64,000 nt of DNA from Bacteroidales bacterium. Its GTDB lineage: Bacteria; Bacteroidota; Bacteroidia; Bacteroidales; VadinHA17. Shown here in pieces: positions 1 to 9,438 of this stretch. A program made the position numbers and the translations under genes. Location: the NCBI GenBank assembly GCA_003142255.1, contig PLLO01000018.1, positions 193,129 to 257,128 of the forward strand, written 5' to 3'. The notes beneath the pieces are model-generated. The model saw only the letters and a list, made by a program, of their open reading frames with translations. It did not search any database and was not told the origin of the DNA. Positions within the stretch are counted from its first letter, which is position 1, and each line of letters starts with the position of its first letter.

Positions 1-552
<552 letters not shown>

Positions 553-818
553 CTAGTGTAAAACATCCCTTCAAAAGGGCTGCAAAATTCAACAATTAAT
601 TGTCGATAACAGTTTTTTGAATGCTATATGACTTTTGTAAAGAGCATCAAATTACTTCTTTTGCTCTTTTACTTTGCCAATTTCTGCAAATTAATCTGAT
701 GATTATGTTATTTAAGTTTAATCAAATTAAGGTTTGATATTTCAAACCTCTTATCTGCAAATGCCTGGTTTCCCCATTTTTCTTATATGTACCTTTGACT
801 CCAGTAAACAAAGCATTG

Positions 819-1619
819 ATGAAATTGAATTTTTGCAGTCTTAGCAGTGGAAGTAGCGGAAATTGTTATTACCTGGGTAACGAGTTTCATGGAATTTTGA
901 TCGATGCCGGAATTCCAGCAACTTCCATACGCAAGTTTCTGAAGAATATGGATATCTCCATGCAGACTATTATGGGGGTCCTGATAACACACAATCATAT
1001 AGATCATATCAGAGGATTGGAAGTGCTTACCAGGAAAAACAGTCTTCCCGCATTCACTACCTATAATATTTGGAAAAGCATTCTCACACCACATAAAAAA
1101 ATATCTCGGGATTGTATCCACGAAATTCCTTTGCAGCAAAAATTTCATCTGGCAGGTTTTGATATCGAAGCATTTCCGGTTTGTCATGATGCTCCTGAAA
1201 CTATAGGGTTCCACATTTGTGCCGGCGATAAAAAAATAACAATTGCTACCGACCTTGGACATATTAGCCAAACTGCTGCTCCATATATTAAAGCAGCTAA
1301 CTTGCTCGTTATTGAATCAAATTATGATGAACAGATGTTGGTGAATGGCAAATATCCTCATTTTTTAAAAGCGAGGATACAATCAGATCATGGACATTTA
1401 GGGAATCATCAAACCTCGGCTTTTCTGGCAGATATTATTAGTGACAACCTCAGTAATATCTGTCTTGCCCATCTGAGTAAAAACAATAATACTCCCGAAA
1501 TAGTGCTTCAGACCTTGCAGCAGACTTTCTCAGAGAGGGGCATTATCCTAAACGAACAACAGCGGATATCAATTCTGAAACGTAATATGCCAACTGAGAT
1601 GATAAGATTGATTGAATAG
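819..1619 (+). CDS. MBL-fold metallo-hydrolase
   Basis: ORF 795-1619. The ATG at 819 gives MKLNFCSLSSGSSGNCYYLG. The HNHIDHIRG (HxHxDH) motif is typical of the beta-lactamase fold. Confidence 0.85.
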   Translation: MKLNFCSLSSGSSGNCYYLGNEFHGILIDAGIPATSIRKFLKNMDISMQTIMGVLITHNHIDHIRGLEVLTRKNSLPAFTTYNIWKSILTPHKKISRDCIHEIPLQQKFHLAGFDIEAFPVCHDAPETIGFHICAGDKKITIATDLGHISQTAAPYIKAANLLVIESNYDEQMLVNGKYPHFLKARIQSDHGHLGNHQTSAFLADIISDNLSNICLAHLSKNNNTPEIVLQTLQQTFSERGIILNEQQRISILKRNMPTEMIRLIE

Positions 1620-1620
1620 A

Positions 1621-1694
1621 AAAACCCGCCTTCCACGCCGGTTGGCGGATTCGGCGGGCGAAGCCCTGCTTCGCCAAGGCTACGTAGGGCGAAG
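1621..1694. repeat. GC-rich multi-hairpin intergenic element (copy A)
   Basis: Nested palindromes CCCGCC..GGCGGG, CGCCGGTTGGCG and GCGAAGccctgCTTCGC lie between the MBL stop and attL. Same style as elements at 29983, 33781, 35011 and 51901. Confidence 0.5.
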
Positions 1695-1717
1695 GTGGAG
1701 ATTAAGGGAGTCGAACC
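1695..1717. repeat. attL: 23-bp direct repeat identical to the 3' end of tRNA-Ala
   Basis: GTGGAGATTAAGGGAGTCGAACC at 1695-1717 is identical to 28940-28962. Confidence 0.85.
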
Positions 1718-1837
1718 ATAACTCTCTATGGCAGACCCCATAAAGATTATTGATTTGTAATGATCAAAAGGTAACCGAACAGTTCACCGGGGAATAGGTC
1801 TTCTCATATAAAAAATAGTTTTTTCTTTAAAAAAGAT

Positions 1838-1865
1838 GTAAAAACCACTTACCCATCTTACCCGA
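1838..1865. repeat. Island-end inverted repeat (left copy), candidate integrase arm site
   Basis: GTAAAAACCACTTACCCATCTTACCCGA is the reverse complement of 28679-28706 (27/28). More GGTAAG/CTTACC units lie at 1897-1941. Confidence 0.7.
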
Positions 1866-2029
1866 ACTTCTAAACCTATTAATAATAAAGATGATGGTAA
1901 GGGTAAGATTCATTTTAAACATTTTACCTTATCTTACCCTGATTTGGAAAGCTGTCAATTAATATTCATATATGAGCATATCAATTCATTTCAACCTATT
2001 AAGCAACAAAAAATCGAAGAGGAGGTTTT

Positions 2030-2091
2030 GTCAAGGGCGATGATACCATATATTTATATACCAAAATATCATCGCTCTGTATACCCTTGAC
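2030..2091. other. Long imperfect hairpin in the non-coding left arm of the island
   Basis: GTCAAGGGCGATGATA (2030-2045) pairs with TATCATCG (2067-2074) and CCCTTGAC (2084-2091). Confidence 0.4.
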
Positions 2092-2478
2092 AAAAACGGA
2101 ACGGAGATTACATTTGCTTAAAAAAGTTGAAAATATTAAGTCTCTAACCTGAAATTCAAGATTTTCTCCCTTTTAAAATTTCAGCTGTGTACTGCAAAAA
2201 CGGGGCTTCTTGATTACATTCAGCCATTAAGTTTAAAATTTGCATACATAGCTAAACAAAGAGGAATTCGAACCGTTTCTTCAATATTCTGATAATGTAA
2301 TAATTACAAGATCCTGATTTTGCCTGTACACCGAATGGTACACCGGGTACACAAATCATGCAAAGAACTTCAATTGCCACAAATGTAATCATTATTGCAT
2401 TTATTATCTTTAATAGATAAAAAGCTGCTCCGATTTTAATTAATTTAACTGAGGAACGACCTTTTTGTAATATAATAA

Positions 2479-3270
2479 TTATGAGATGCTTGTCCCTATC
2501 TGGAAAATAGGCATATACATTGAAATCAATATCAAAGCCACTATACTACCGACAAAAATAATGAGAACCGGTTCGAGCAAACTATTCATTGATTTAACTT
2601 TAGCTTCAAGTTCTTCTGAATATTGCTTAAATAACTGATCGTAGATAATATCCATTTTGTTAACTTCTTCAGCAACTTTTGTCAGAGCTATCATTTTTTT
2701 ATCAAAGATTGGAAACTCATTCATAGACTCAGAAAGAGAAATCCCTTTTGAAAGAGAGGTTTTTATTTTGTGAAGAGCAAATTCCATAGGGAAGAAATCA
2801 ATCATCTGCTCAATAAGTCCTATCGCATCTAACAGGTGAACCCGGGAACTGATTAACAACCTCATTGTCTGGCAAAATCTGGCTTTATAAGTAAGTTTCA
2901 ATACTGACCCCACAATAGGTATTTTTAGCAAAATAGCAGATGAGTATTTCCTGTACCATTCTTTCTTTCTATTGAAGACAATAAATGCAATAATGATTAC
3001 CGAAAGTACCAGTAAAATGATAATATAATGTGAGAATTTTTCAGATAGATTAATTACAAATTGTGTTATAGGAGGCAGAGTACCTTTAAATCTCAAAAAA
3101 ACATCTTTGAACATCGGCACTATAAAGTTCAGCATGAAAGTTAAGGCTATAATAGTTGTAAAGAGTACCAAGGCCGGATAAGTCAATGCGCCTCTTATCT
3201 GATGTTGCTGTGAAATTCTTTTTTCATAAAAGGTTGAAAGCTCCTGCAGTACTGTTATAATGGTACGATT
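2479..3270 (-). pseudogene. Type II secretion / type IV pilus platform protein GspF/PilC family, 5'-truncated
   Basis: ORF 2479-3186 is a polytopic GspF-like C-terminal domain. The frame stays open up to 3270 (NRTIITVLQELSTFYEKRISQQHQIRGALTYP) and is then closed by a stop. About 150 N-terminal residues are missing. Confidence 0.7.
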
Positions 3271-3434
3271 TTACCGGGAAAGTAATCCGGAACAGGCAGA
3301 AACAAACCTTTAACGGGGTATCGACCACCGTCGACAAGTATTTCGCCTATGATCATGTCGAAAGACTGAAAAGTATCGGATCTAAGATCAATGGAACTGA
3401 CAGCCTGACAATTGCCGCACTTTCTTATAATGAA

Positions 3435-5231
3435 TTGGGTCAGTTATCTCAGAAGAGTCTGCATAAATATGGAAGCTCGTTTCTCCAGCAAATCGATTAC
3501 ACCTATAATATCCGCGGATGGCTGACATCAATAAATGACCCGGACAACCTTGGATCCGATCTCTTTTCGATGAAGTTATTATATGAAAACCCGGGTTCTT
3601 TGACCAATCTTACAAAAGAGAGGCAATTTAACGGAAATATATCAGGCATGATATGGAATCGCAATACCAGCCCTTCTGTAATAGAAAAAAGCGCATACAG
3701 CTTTATATATGATGCCCTGAATAGGATTAGTAACGATTATTACGGAGATGGTTCGACGTTAGCCAATTCCGAAAAATTCCGGGAGTATGATTATTCTTAT
3801 GATCTGAACGGAAATATAATTACTCTTAAACGTAATAATAATTCAGGGACTCAGATAGATAATCTTTCATATACATACCTTTCAGGCGGCTCAAGCAACC
3901 AGCTTGCATTAGTAGGGGATAACACGGCTAATACCTCAGGCTTTAATGACGGTAATACTTCAGGAAATGATTATTTGTACGACAATAATGGGAACCTCAC
4001 CAGAGATCTTAATAAAGGATTCAGTACGATAACATATAATTTCTTAAATTTACCAAATGTACTAACCAAAGGTGCCACGAGTCTGACCTATTACTATGAT
4101 GCAATGGGAACAAAGCTGAAGCAAGCAAAGGTTGAAGGAGAAAATACGACAAGCAGATATTATCTTGACGGATTTGAATATGATAATTCCAAAGCACTCA
4201 GCCTGATCCATATGGAAGAAGGAGTTATTAATAAGGATGTAAGCACATTCCAGTACGAGTATTATATAAAGGATCATCTGGGAAGTACGAGGATATCATT
4301 CACACCTGGCACAAACAATACTGTTACATTAGTACAGTCCACAGATTATTATCCGTTTGGACTCGAATTCAGCCCACAGTATGACAATTCTTCAGGTAAT
4401 AAGTACCTGTATAACGGAAAAGAATTACAGGATGGATTAAGTCTTGATTGGTATGATTACGGAGCCAGGTTCTACGATCCGGGAATAGGCAGGTTCATTA
4501 CCCAGGATCCTAGGGCTGAAGATTATGATTCATGGACCCCATATAATTATTGTGCTGATAATCCAATATTTTTTATGGATCTTGATGGAATGGATTGGTA
4601 TACCAATTGGTTTACAGGAAAGCAGGTTTGGTTTGATGGAAGTGACAAACATTTCTTCTATTCCCATAATGAGGGAGGGTATTATTCATCACCTACTGCT
4701 ACAGTGGTAGATTATTCCTACTCTACACTTCATCAGCAAGCAGTAGACTATGTAAGCGCATTGAGATTTGAACAAACTCTAAATGCTTCTGGGATTCAAA
4801 CAAATAGAACTGATAGTCGTTTTGAAGCATTTGCTTCATGGATATCATTAGGTGCACTACCGGAAATTAAAGGATTATCAGGTTTTCTAAAATTATTTAA
4901 AGGATCTCAAAAAAATGTAGTAAAAAGCGTTGAAGAGCTAATATCTGTAGCGAATACTACAGACAAAGGTGGCTTAACTACCGTTGGCAGAGCACTTCAA
5001 AAACATGGGAGTAGAGCTGGAAGTGTATTTCCAAAAGTTGCTGGTTCTCCAGCTGTTATCAATGCACAAGGAGAAGCAGTTTTACGGGATATAATCACTA
5101 ATCCTAGTGTTTCTACCACTATTAGACATCACGCAAGGCTTGGAGATGTACTGGAATATCGAATCCCTAGCGGACAAGGTGCAAGATTTAGTTCAGATGG
5201 CAAGAAGTTTTTTGGATTTATAGAGCAATGA
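3435..5231 (+). CDS. RHS/YD-repeat protein C-terminal fragment with polymorphic toxin tip (cassette 1); frame open from 3261, no N-terminus
   Basis: YD repeats (YTYNIRGW, YSFIYDALNR, YSYDLNGN, YLYDNNGN). Core end is [38 protein letters not shown], followed by a ~215-aa variable tail. Confidence 0.85.
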   Translation: MGQLSQKSLHKYGSSFLQQIDYTYNIRGWLTSINDPDNLGSDLFSMKLLYENPGSLTNLTKERQFNGNISGMIWNRNTSPSVIEKSAYSFIYDALNRISNDYYGDGSTLANSEKFREYDYSYDLNGNIITLKRNNNSGTQIDNLSYTYLSGGSSNQLALVGDNTANTSGFNDGNTSGNDYLYDNNGNLTRDLNKGFSTITYNFLNLPNVLTKGATSLTYYYDAMGTKLKQAKVEGENTTSRYYLDGFEYDNSKALSLIHMEEGVINKDVSTFQYEYYIKDHLGSTRISFTPGTNNTVTLVQSTDYYPFGLEFSPQYDNSSGNKYLYNGKELQDGLSLDWYDYGARFYDPGIGRFITQDPRAEDYDSWTPYNYCADNPIFFMDLDGMDWYTNWFTGKQVWFDGSDKHFFYSHNEGGYYSSPTATVVDYSYSTLHQQAVDYVSALRFEQTLNASGIQTNRTDSRFEAFASWISLGALPEIKGLSGFLKLFKGSQKNVVKSVEELISVANTTDKGGLTTVGRALQKHGSRAGSVFPKVAGSPAVINAQGEAVLRDIITNPSVSTTIRHHARLGDVLEYRIPSGQGARFSSDGKKFFGFIEQ

Positions 5232-5440
5232 ATAAAATGAAAGTTGAAATTACAAGCGTTCCAGATAGAGAAAATCTTGTCGCTGAAATTTGGTTTGATG
5301 AAAATTTAATTGCGGAAGTCTATCAAGAGAATGAGGTTTTAAATGTAGAATTTTATATATCGCCTGGGATGGCCCTTCCTTTTGAAGAATTCCAAGAGGC
5401 ATTAAAAATTGCAAAAGACAAATTAGCTAAAGACTGTTAG
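5228..5440 (+). CDS. Putative immunity protein for cassette 1 (cytoplasmic, 70 aa)
   Basis: ATGA start/stop overlap with the toxin. Small acidic protein with no signal peptide. Confidence 0.6.
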   Translation: MNKMKVEITSVPDRENLVAEIWFDENLIAEVYQENEVLNVEFYISPGMALPFEEFQEALKIAKDKLAKDC

Positions 5441-5515
5441 CTTACCTGTTAACTTTTACTCAAATTGTAAACTAATTCGTGATAATACAACAGGAAGAAG
5501 CTAATTGTTACGACG

Positions 5516-5531
5516 CCGGGTTTTAGTTATT
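5516..5531. repeat. Cassette 3'-boundary block CCGGGTTTTAGTTATT (half hairpin)
   Basis: Matches the right arm of the terminator hairpins that follow the other immunity genes. Confidence 0.5.
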
Positions 5532-5749
5532 ATAGAGTATAAACCTGCCTGGCGTTAAAATCCCTGATCAGTGCCGTTCATACTTCCAGTATCCAATACT
5601 TCACATAGAGCCAGAAAACGCCAAACAGACAAGTTATATGCTGGAAGATGCAATTTCCAGGTGAATCTCATCCGATTTGTTATAAAAAACTGCTATTTTC
5701 ATGCTTAAATTGAGCATTTAAAAGCGATCCTGATACTTTAACACATCAA

Positions 5750-5763
5750 AAAGTTCTTTGAAA
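5750..5763 (+). repeat. Junction 14-mer AAAGTTCTTTGAAA (cassette 2)
   Basis: Exact copy, 54 nt upstream of GTATGATTACGG. Confidence 0.8.
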
Positions 5764-5865
5764 ACACTTCTTTTAAATTAATAAGCAACTGTAAATCTGG
5801 TCTTAGAGATCAATTAGTATGATTACGGTGCAAGATTCTACGATCCGCAAATAGGCAGATGGCAT

Positions 5866-6651
5866 GTGATGGATCAAATGGCAGAAGTTTATTCAAATAT
5901 AACTCCATATGCTTACTGTGCAAACAATCCAATTAGACTTATTGATATTGATGGGAGGTATTTTGATGATGAAAATGAGAAGACTGCACAGCATAACGAA
6001 AGAAGATTAATTAACAAACAACATAGGCTAGCGAATAGAGCCATTAAGATGGCAGCGAAAGGAAAAGATACTGGGGATATTGAAGCTCGTCAGGATGAGT
6101 TAGATAAGTCTTTAAATAATATTAGCAATATGCGAGCTAATGAAAACACAGAATTTAGGTATGCTAGTGTTAATTCTAAAGAAGCACGGCTTTATAATGT
6201 GGAAGGACCTACAACACAATATACTGCTAAGAATGAAAATGGAGATGCTGTTGTTACAATGTTTACCGAAAATAATATGGGTAGCGTGTTGCATGAAGGG
6301 AGACACGGAGGAGATTATGCAACAGGCACTTTAAGAATTAACACCTCTGGTGGATACGGTGTTTCTCACGAAGTTAGTGCTTACAGAGCTCAATATTCTT
6401 GGAATGGTTCTTTGCAGTATAAGCCTGCTGATTATCTTTCCAATAATCCAATATTAGGGTCTGCTTTTGATAAATTGGGTGAAGGAATAATTCCAACAAT
6501 TTCAGTTGTAGACATTAATTCAATTACTCCAGGTCTTGTAAATAATATAGGGACGTCTGTAATGTATAATAAAGGGAATACATCTATTAAAGCATGGATG
6601 CCACTATACCCGCCAAATGGCATAAAAAAAGAAATATGGGACAATCATTAA
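5866..6651 (+). CDS. Orphan RHS C-terminal toxin module, cassette 2, HExxH motif
   Basis: Frame opens at 5818 directly after a TAG: [32 protein letters not shown]. The tail contains [10 protein letters not shown]. Confidence 0.75.
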   Translation: MMDQMAEVYSNITPYAYCANNPIRLIDIDGRYFDDENEKTAQHNERRLINKQHRLANRAIKMAAKGKDTGDIEARQDELDKSLNNISNMRANENTEFRYASVNSKEARLYNVEGPTTQYTAKNENGDAVVTMFTENNMGSVLHEGRHGGDYATGTLRINTSGGYGVSHEVSAYRAQYSWNGSLQYKPADYLSNNPILGSAFDKLGEGIIPTISVVDINSITPGLVNNIGTSVMYNKGNTSIKAWMPLYPPNGIKKEIWDNH

Positions 6652-6660
6652 TTAAATACT

Positions 6661-7176
6661 ATGGAAAAAATATTTTTTTTTAGCGCTTTTATATTTTTAG
6701 GATCAGCATGCTCCCACCACTTGTTTTTAAGCAATAGAGTATTTGTTAATAGCGATTCAATAAAAGTAAACTCGCTGGAGTTTGTCAATGATAGCATCTG
6801 TATATATAAACAAACGTTTAGGTGCGAGATGCAAAACCCCTTTAGAGAGGTAAAAATAATTTGTAAGTATAAGGCCTTAAAAAATAAGATAATCCTAGAA
6901 AATTTAACTAGTAATCCTGATAGTATAGGAGTTACATGTTTTATAATACCAGAAGGAGAGCTGTTAAGATGCTCGTTAATTAATGAAAAATTATTTGAAA
7001 GAAAAGCGATATTAATTGATGCACACAAAACGTTTACAATGCATGATTTGTATGGATATATTAATAATGTTATTACAGATACTTTATTGTACAAAAGAAA
7101 TGCCATCCTATATAATAAGCTGAATAGATGTCACCCATATACGATGTATGTGCATTCAACCTTTAGAGAAGAGTGA
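6661..7176 (+). CDS. Putative immunity lipoprotein, cassette 2
   Basis: Starts 10 nt after the toxin stop. Lipoprotein-type signal FFFSAFIFLGSAC. Confidence 0.6.
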   Translation: MEKIFFFSAFIFLGSACSHHLFLSNRVFVNSDSIKVNSLEFVNDSICIYKQTFRCEMQNPFREVKIICKYKALKNKIILENLTSNPDSIGVTCFIIPEGELLRCSLINEKLFERKAILIDAHKTFTMHDLYGYINNVITDTLLYKRNAILYNKLNRCHPYTMYVHSTFREE

Positions 7177-7233
7177 TCATTATAACTGCTAAGGATAGTC
7201 ATCAACCATAATATCTTACAAATCATAAAGCAT

Positions 7234-7264
7234 AAAACCCAGTTCACCGCCGGGTTTCGTTTTG
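7234..7264. terminator. Hairpin terminator ending cassette 2
   Basis: AAAACCC..GGGTTTcGTTTT. Confidence 0.55.
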
Positions 7265-7486
7265 AAGAGTATATGCCTGCCTGACATTAAAATCTCTAAT
7301 CATTACCTTTAGTACTTCCAAGATACACTGTTTAAAATCCACATAGAGCCAGTAAATGTCAAATGACTAATTTACATACTTGAAGATGCAATTTTCAGGT
7401 GAATCTCCTCCAATTAATTATAAAAACCCTTATTTTCATGTTTAAATTGAGCATTTAAAAGTGTTTTTACACTTTAGATACCTCAA

Positions 7487-7500
7487 AAAGTTCTTTGAAA
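7487..7500 (+). repeat. Junction 14-mer AAAGTTCTTTGAAA (cassette 3)
   Basis: Exact copy, 54 nt upstream of GTATGATTACGG. Confidence 0.8.
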
Positions 7501-7683
7501 ACCACTCTTTTTATTGTTAAGGAAGTTGGTATTTAGCTACTTGAGATCGATTGGTATGATTACGGCGCAAGGTTTTATGATCCACAAATCGGAAGGTGGC
7601 TGGTACAGGATCCACTTGCAGAATACCGACTTAACCTTTCACCATATAACTATTGTAAGAATAACCCTATTCTTTATATTGAC

Positions 7684-8262
7684 ATGTTTGGTTTGCAGGA
7701 TACTCTGGTACATCCTCCACTTCCTGAAGTAAAAGTTGTAGCATATAGAAATCCCCCAGAACAATCATTTTATAGTTGGATATGGAGTTTGAGTAATAGA
7801 ATTGATTGGTTTTTATTAGGTAATACTTATGAACTTAAAGTAAGAAATGCCACAAATTACGAAAATTGGATGATAAGAAATGTAGATCAGCAGATTCTTG
7901 AAGAAATCGCAAAAGTAAACAGTGCTCATCTAACCGATCCCGCATTGCATAATTATGTTAGATCAAATGAAAGCTACCAAGGAAAAACGGAGGATAAAGA
8001 GATAATTGAGGAGAAAGCTGGCAATAACATAAAATTAATTGAAGATAAAACCGCTATATGGGTTAAGGATGAAGAAATTAAAGAATATGTTATCGTTAAA
8101 CCTGAATATTGTGTAAATGGCGTTTTTGGTCATTCAGATAGTCTTAATCACCTCGTTTGGAGCAAAGTAGGTGATACTATTCGCGAATATATTGTACAAC
8201 CTGGGCACTATGAGTTAGTTTCGTCGAAAGGGGACACTACAAGAGCGAATAAGAAGAAATAG
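7684..8262 (+). CDS. Orphan RHS C-terminal toxin module, cassette 3, unassigned toxin domain
   Basis: Frame is open from 7537 ([38 protein letters not shown]). The first ATG is at 7684. ORF 7514-7732 is the wrong frame. Confidence 0.7.
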   Translation: MFGLQDTLVHPPLPEVKVVAYRNPPEQSFYSWIWSLSNRIDWFLLGNTYELKVRNATNYENWMIRNVDQQILEEIAKVNSAHLTDPALHNYVRSNESYQGKTEDKEIIEEKAGNNIKLIEDKTAIWVKDEEIKEYVIVKPEYCVNGVFGHSDSLNHLVWSKVGDTIREYIVQPGHYELVSSKGDTTRANKKK

Positions 8263-8293
8263 TTATTATATAAAATTTCAATGCAATGATGCT

Positions 8294-9091
8294 ATGAAAA
8301 AAACATTTTTATTTTTTTTAATACTTCTTTCGATTTTAGGATGTAAGCGACAAAAAATAGTTAATTATTATTATCAAACAGGTAAAATAATGGTATCCAA
8401 AATTTATCCGGATAAAAGGGATACGACAACATATAAGGAACTTAAATTTTTTGACGATGGGATGCTTCTAAGTAGGTATAATTACAGGAACAACCGGCCT
8501 GAAGGCGGATTTGGAGCCTTTACACCAAAAGGTATCATTATTGAACGTGGTACTTATGAAGATGGTAACCTTGCTGGTGTACTTCAAGAGTATGACACTA
8601 CTGGAGTATTAGCCCGTGAGACATACTATATAAATGGTAAAAAAGTAATTTATTCTTATGGTTGGTATTCGGAAAACAAAGAGATTTTCGGTCAAAATAT
8701 TTTTTTATTTAAAAATGATACTGCTATCTATCGAGTTGGCCAAATCTTAAGGGCGGAAAATGGAACTTATATAAAAAAGATGAGTGCTTACTCATTAATA
8801 ATCTCAAAAGATACTATTTTAGAATCCTCTAATTGTTTTGATCTACGAACTTTTTTCCCTGTTTCTTGTAGTAAATATGAGATATCTTTTGGTACTCCTA
8901 ATATTAATCTTGAGTTTAACAAAGTTGATACTAGTTTTACTACTGCAGATTCATTGATAAAGATTTGTAATTATAAATTTCATAAAGGAATGAATCATGT
9001 TTTCTGCAAAGTGGTTGCTTACTCTGTTGATATAGCTGATACAGCTACATTTTTTGCATATAAGGATGTTTTTGTCAAACCAAAGAAATAA
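8294..9091 (+). CDS. Putative immunity lipoprotein, cassette 3, YwqK/MORN-variant-like repeats
   Basis: Signal LILLSILGC. Repeated Y-x-x-G motifs (YYQTGKIM, YEDGNLAG, YYINGKKV) resemble the YwqK antitoxin family. Confidence 0.6.
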   Translation: MKKTFLFFLILLSILGCKRQKIVNYYYQTGKIMVSKIYPDKRDTTTYKELKFFDDGMLLSRYNYRNNRPEGGFGAFTPKGIIIERGTYEDGNLAGVLQEYDTTGVLARETYYINGKKVIYSYGWYSENKEIFGQNIFLFKNDTAIYRVGQILRAENGTYIKKMSAYSLIISKDTILESSNCFDLRTFFPVSCSKYEISFGTPNINLEFNKVDTSFTTADSLIKICNYKFHKGMNHVFCKVVAYSVDIADTATFFAYKDVFVKPKK

Positions 9092-9125
9092 TAGGAATTG
9101 TTGCAACCATTTAACTCAAGATAAA

Positions 9126-9157
9126 CAGAACCTGGTTTACTGCCGGGTTTTTGCTTT
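9126..9157. terminator. Hairpin terminator ending cassette 3
   Basis: AACCTGG..CCGGGTTTTTGCTTTT. Confidence 0.5.
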
Positions 9158-9353
9158 TAATGTAGATTATCTACAGAGGCTGAATATCATATATCATTGT
9201 AATTGAATAGTCATAATCCCCTTTCTGGTCCACTATTTTGATCCTCGCAATGCATTTTTCTTGAATCTTAAAGGGCATACTGATCCAAAAAATCACTATT
9301 TTCACCTTCAGGAACAGCTTTTAAACTAACTTTTCCAACTGTTTCTAAGGTAA

Positions 9354-9367
9354 AAAGTTCTTTGAAA
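9354..9367 (+). repeat. Junction 14-mer AAAGTTCTTTGAAA (cassette 4)
   Basis: Exact copy, 53 nt upstream of GTATGATTACGG. Confidence 0.8.
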
Positions 9368-9438
9368 AAACCATTTGGGACGAATAAGCAACTGTAAATC
9401 TGGTCATAGAGATCAATTAGTATGATTACGGGGCACGG

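Noticed and set aside
1508-1741. 77-aa minus-strand ORF spanning the MBL 3' end, the GC-rich element and attL
   Set aside because: It is built from palindromic GC-rich repeat sequence and the tRNA-derived repeat, with proline/glycine-rich low-complexity translation. It is not a gene.
1696-1741. Possible second tRNA at the left island end
   Set aside because: Only the 3' terminal 22-23 nt of tRNA-Ala are present and no D or anticodon arm follows. It is the att duplication, not a gene.
6648-7106. 152-aa minus-strand ORF opposite the cassette 2 immunity gene (also 6112-6306, 6432-6644, 4062-4277)
   Set aside because: They are AT-rich antisense ORFs inside better-supported plus-strand genes that follow the toxin-immunity pattern.
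7514-7732. 72-aa plus-strand ORF across the cassette 3 junction
   Set aside because: It is in the wrong frame. The adjacent frame reads the conserved [27 protein letters not shown] and continues into ORF 7684-8262.
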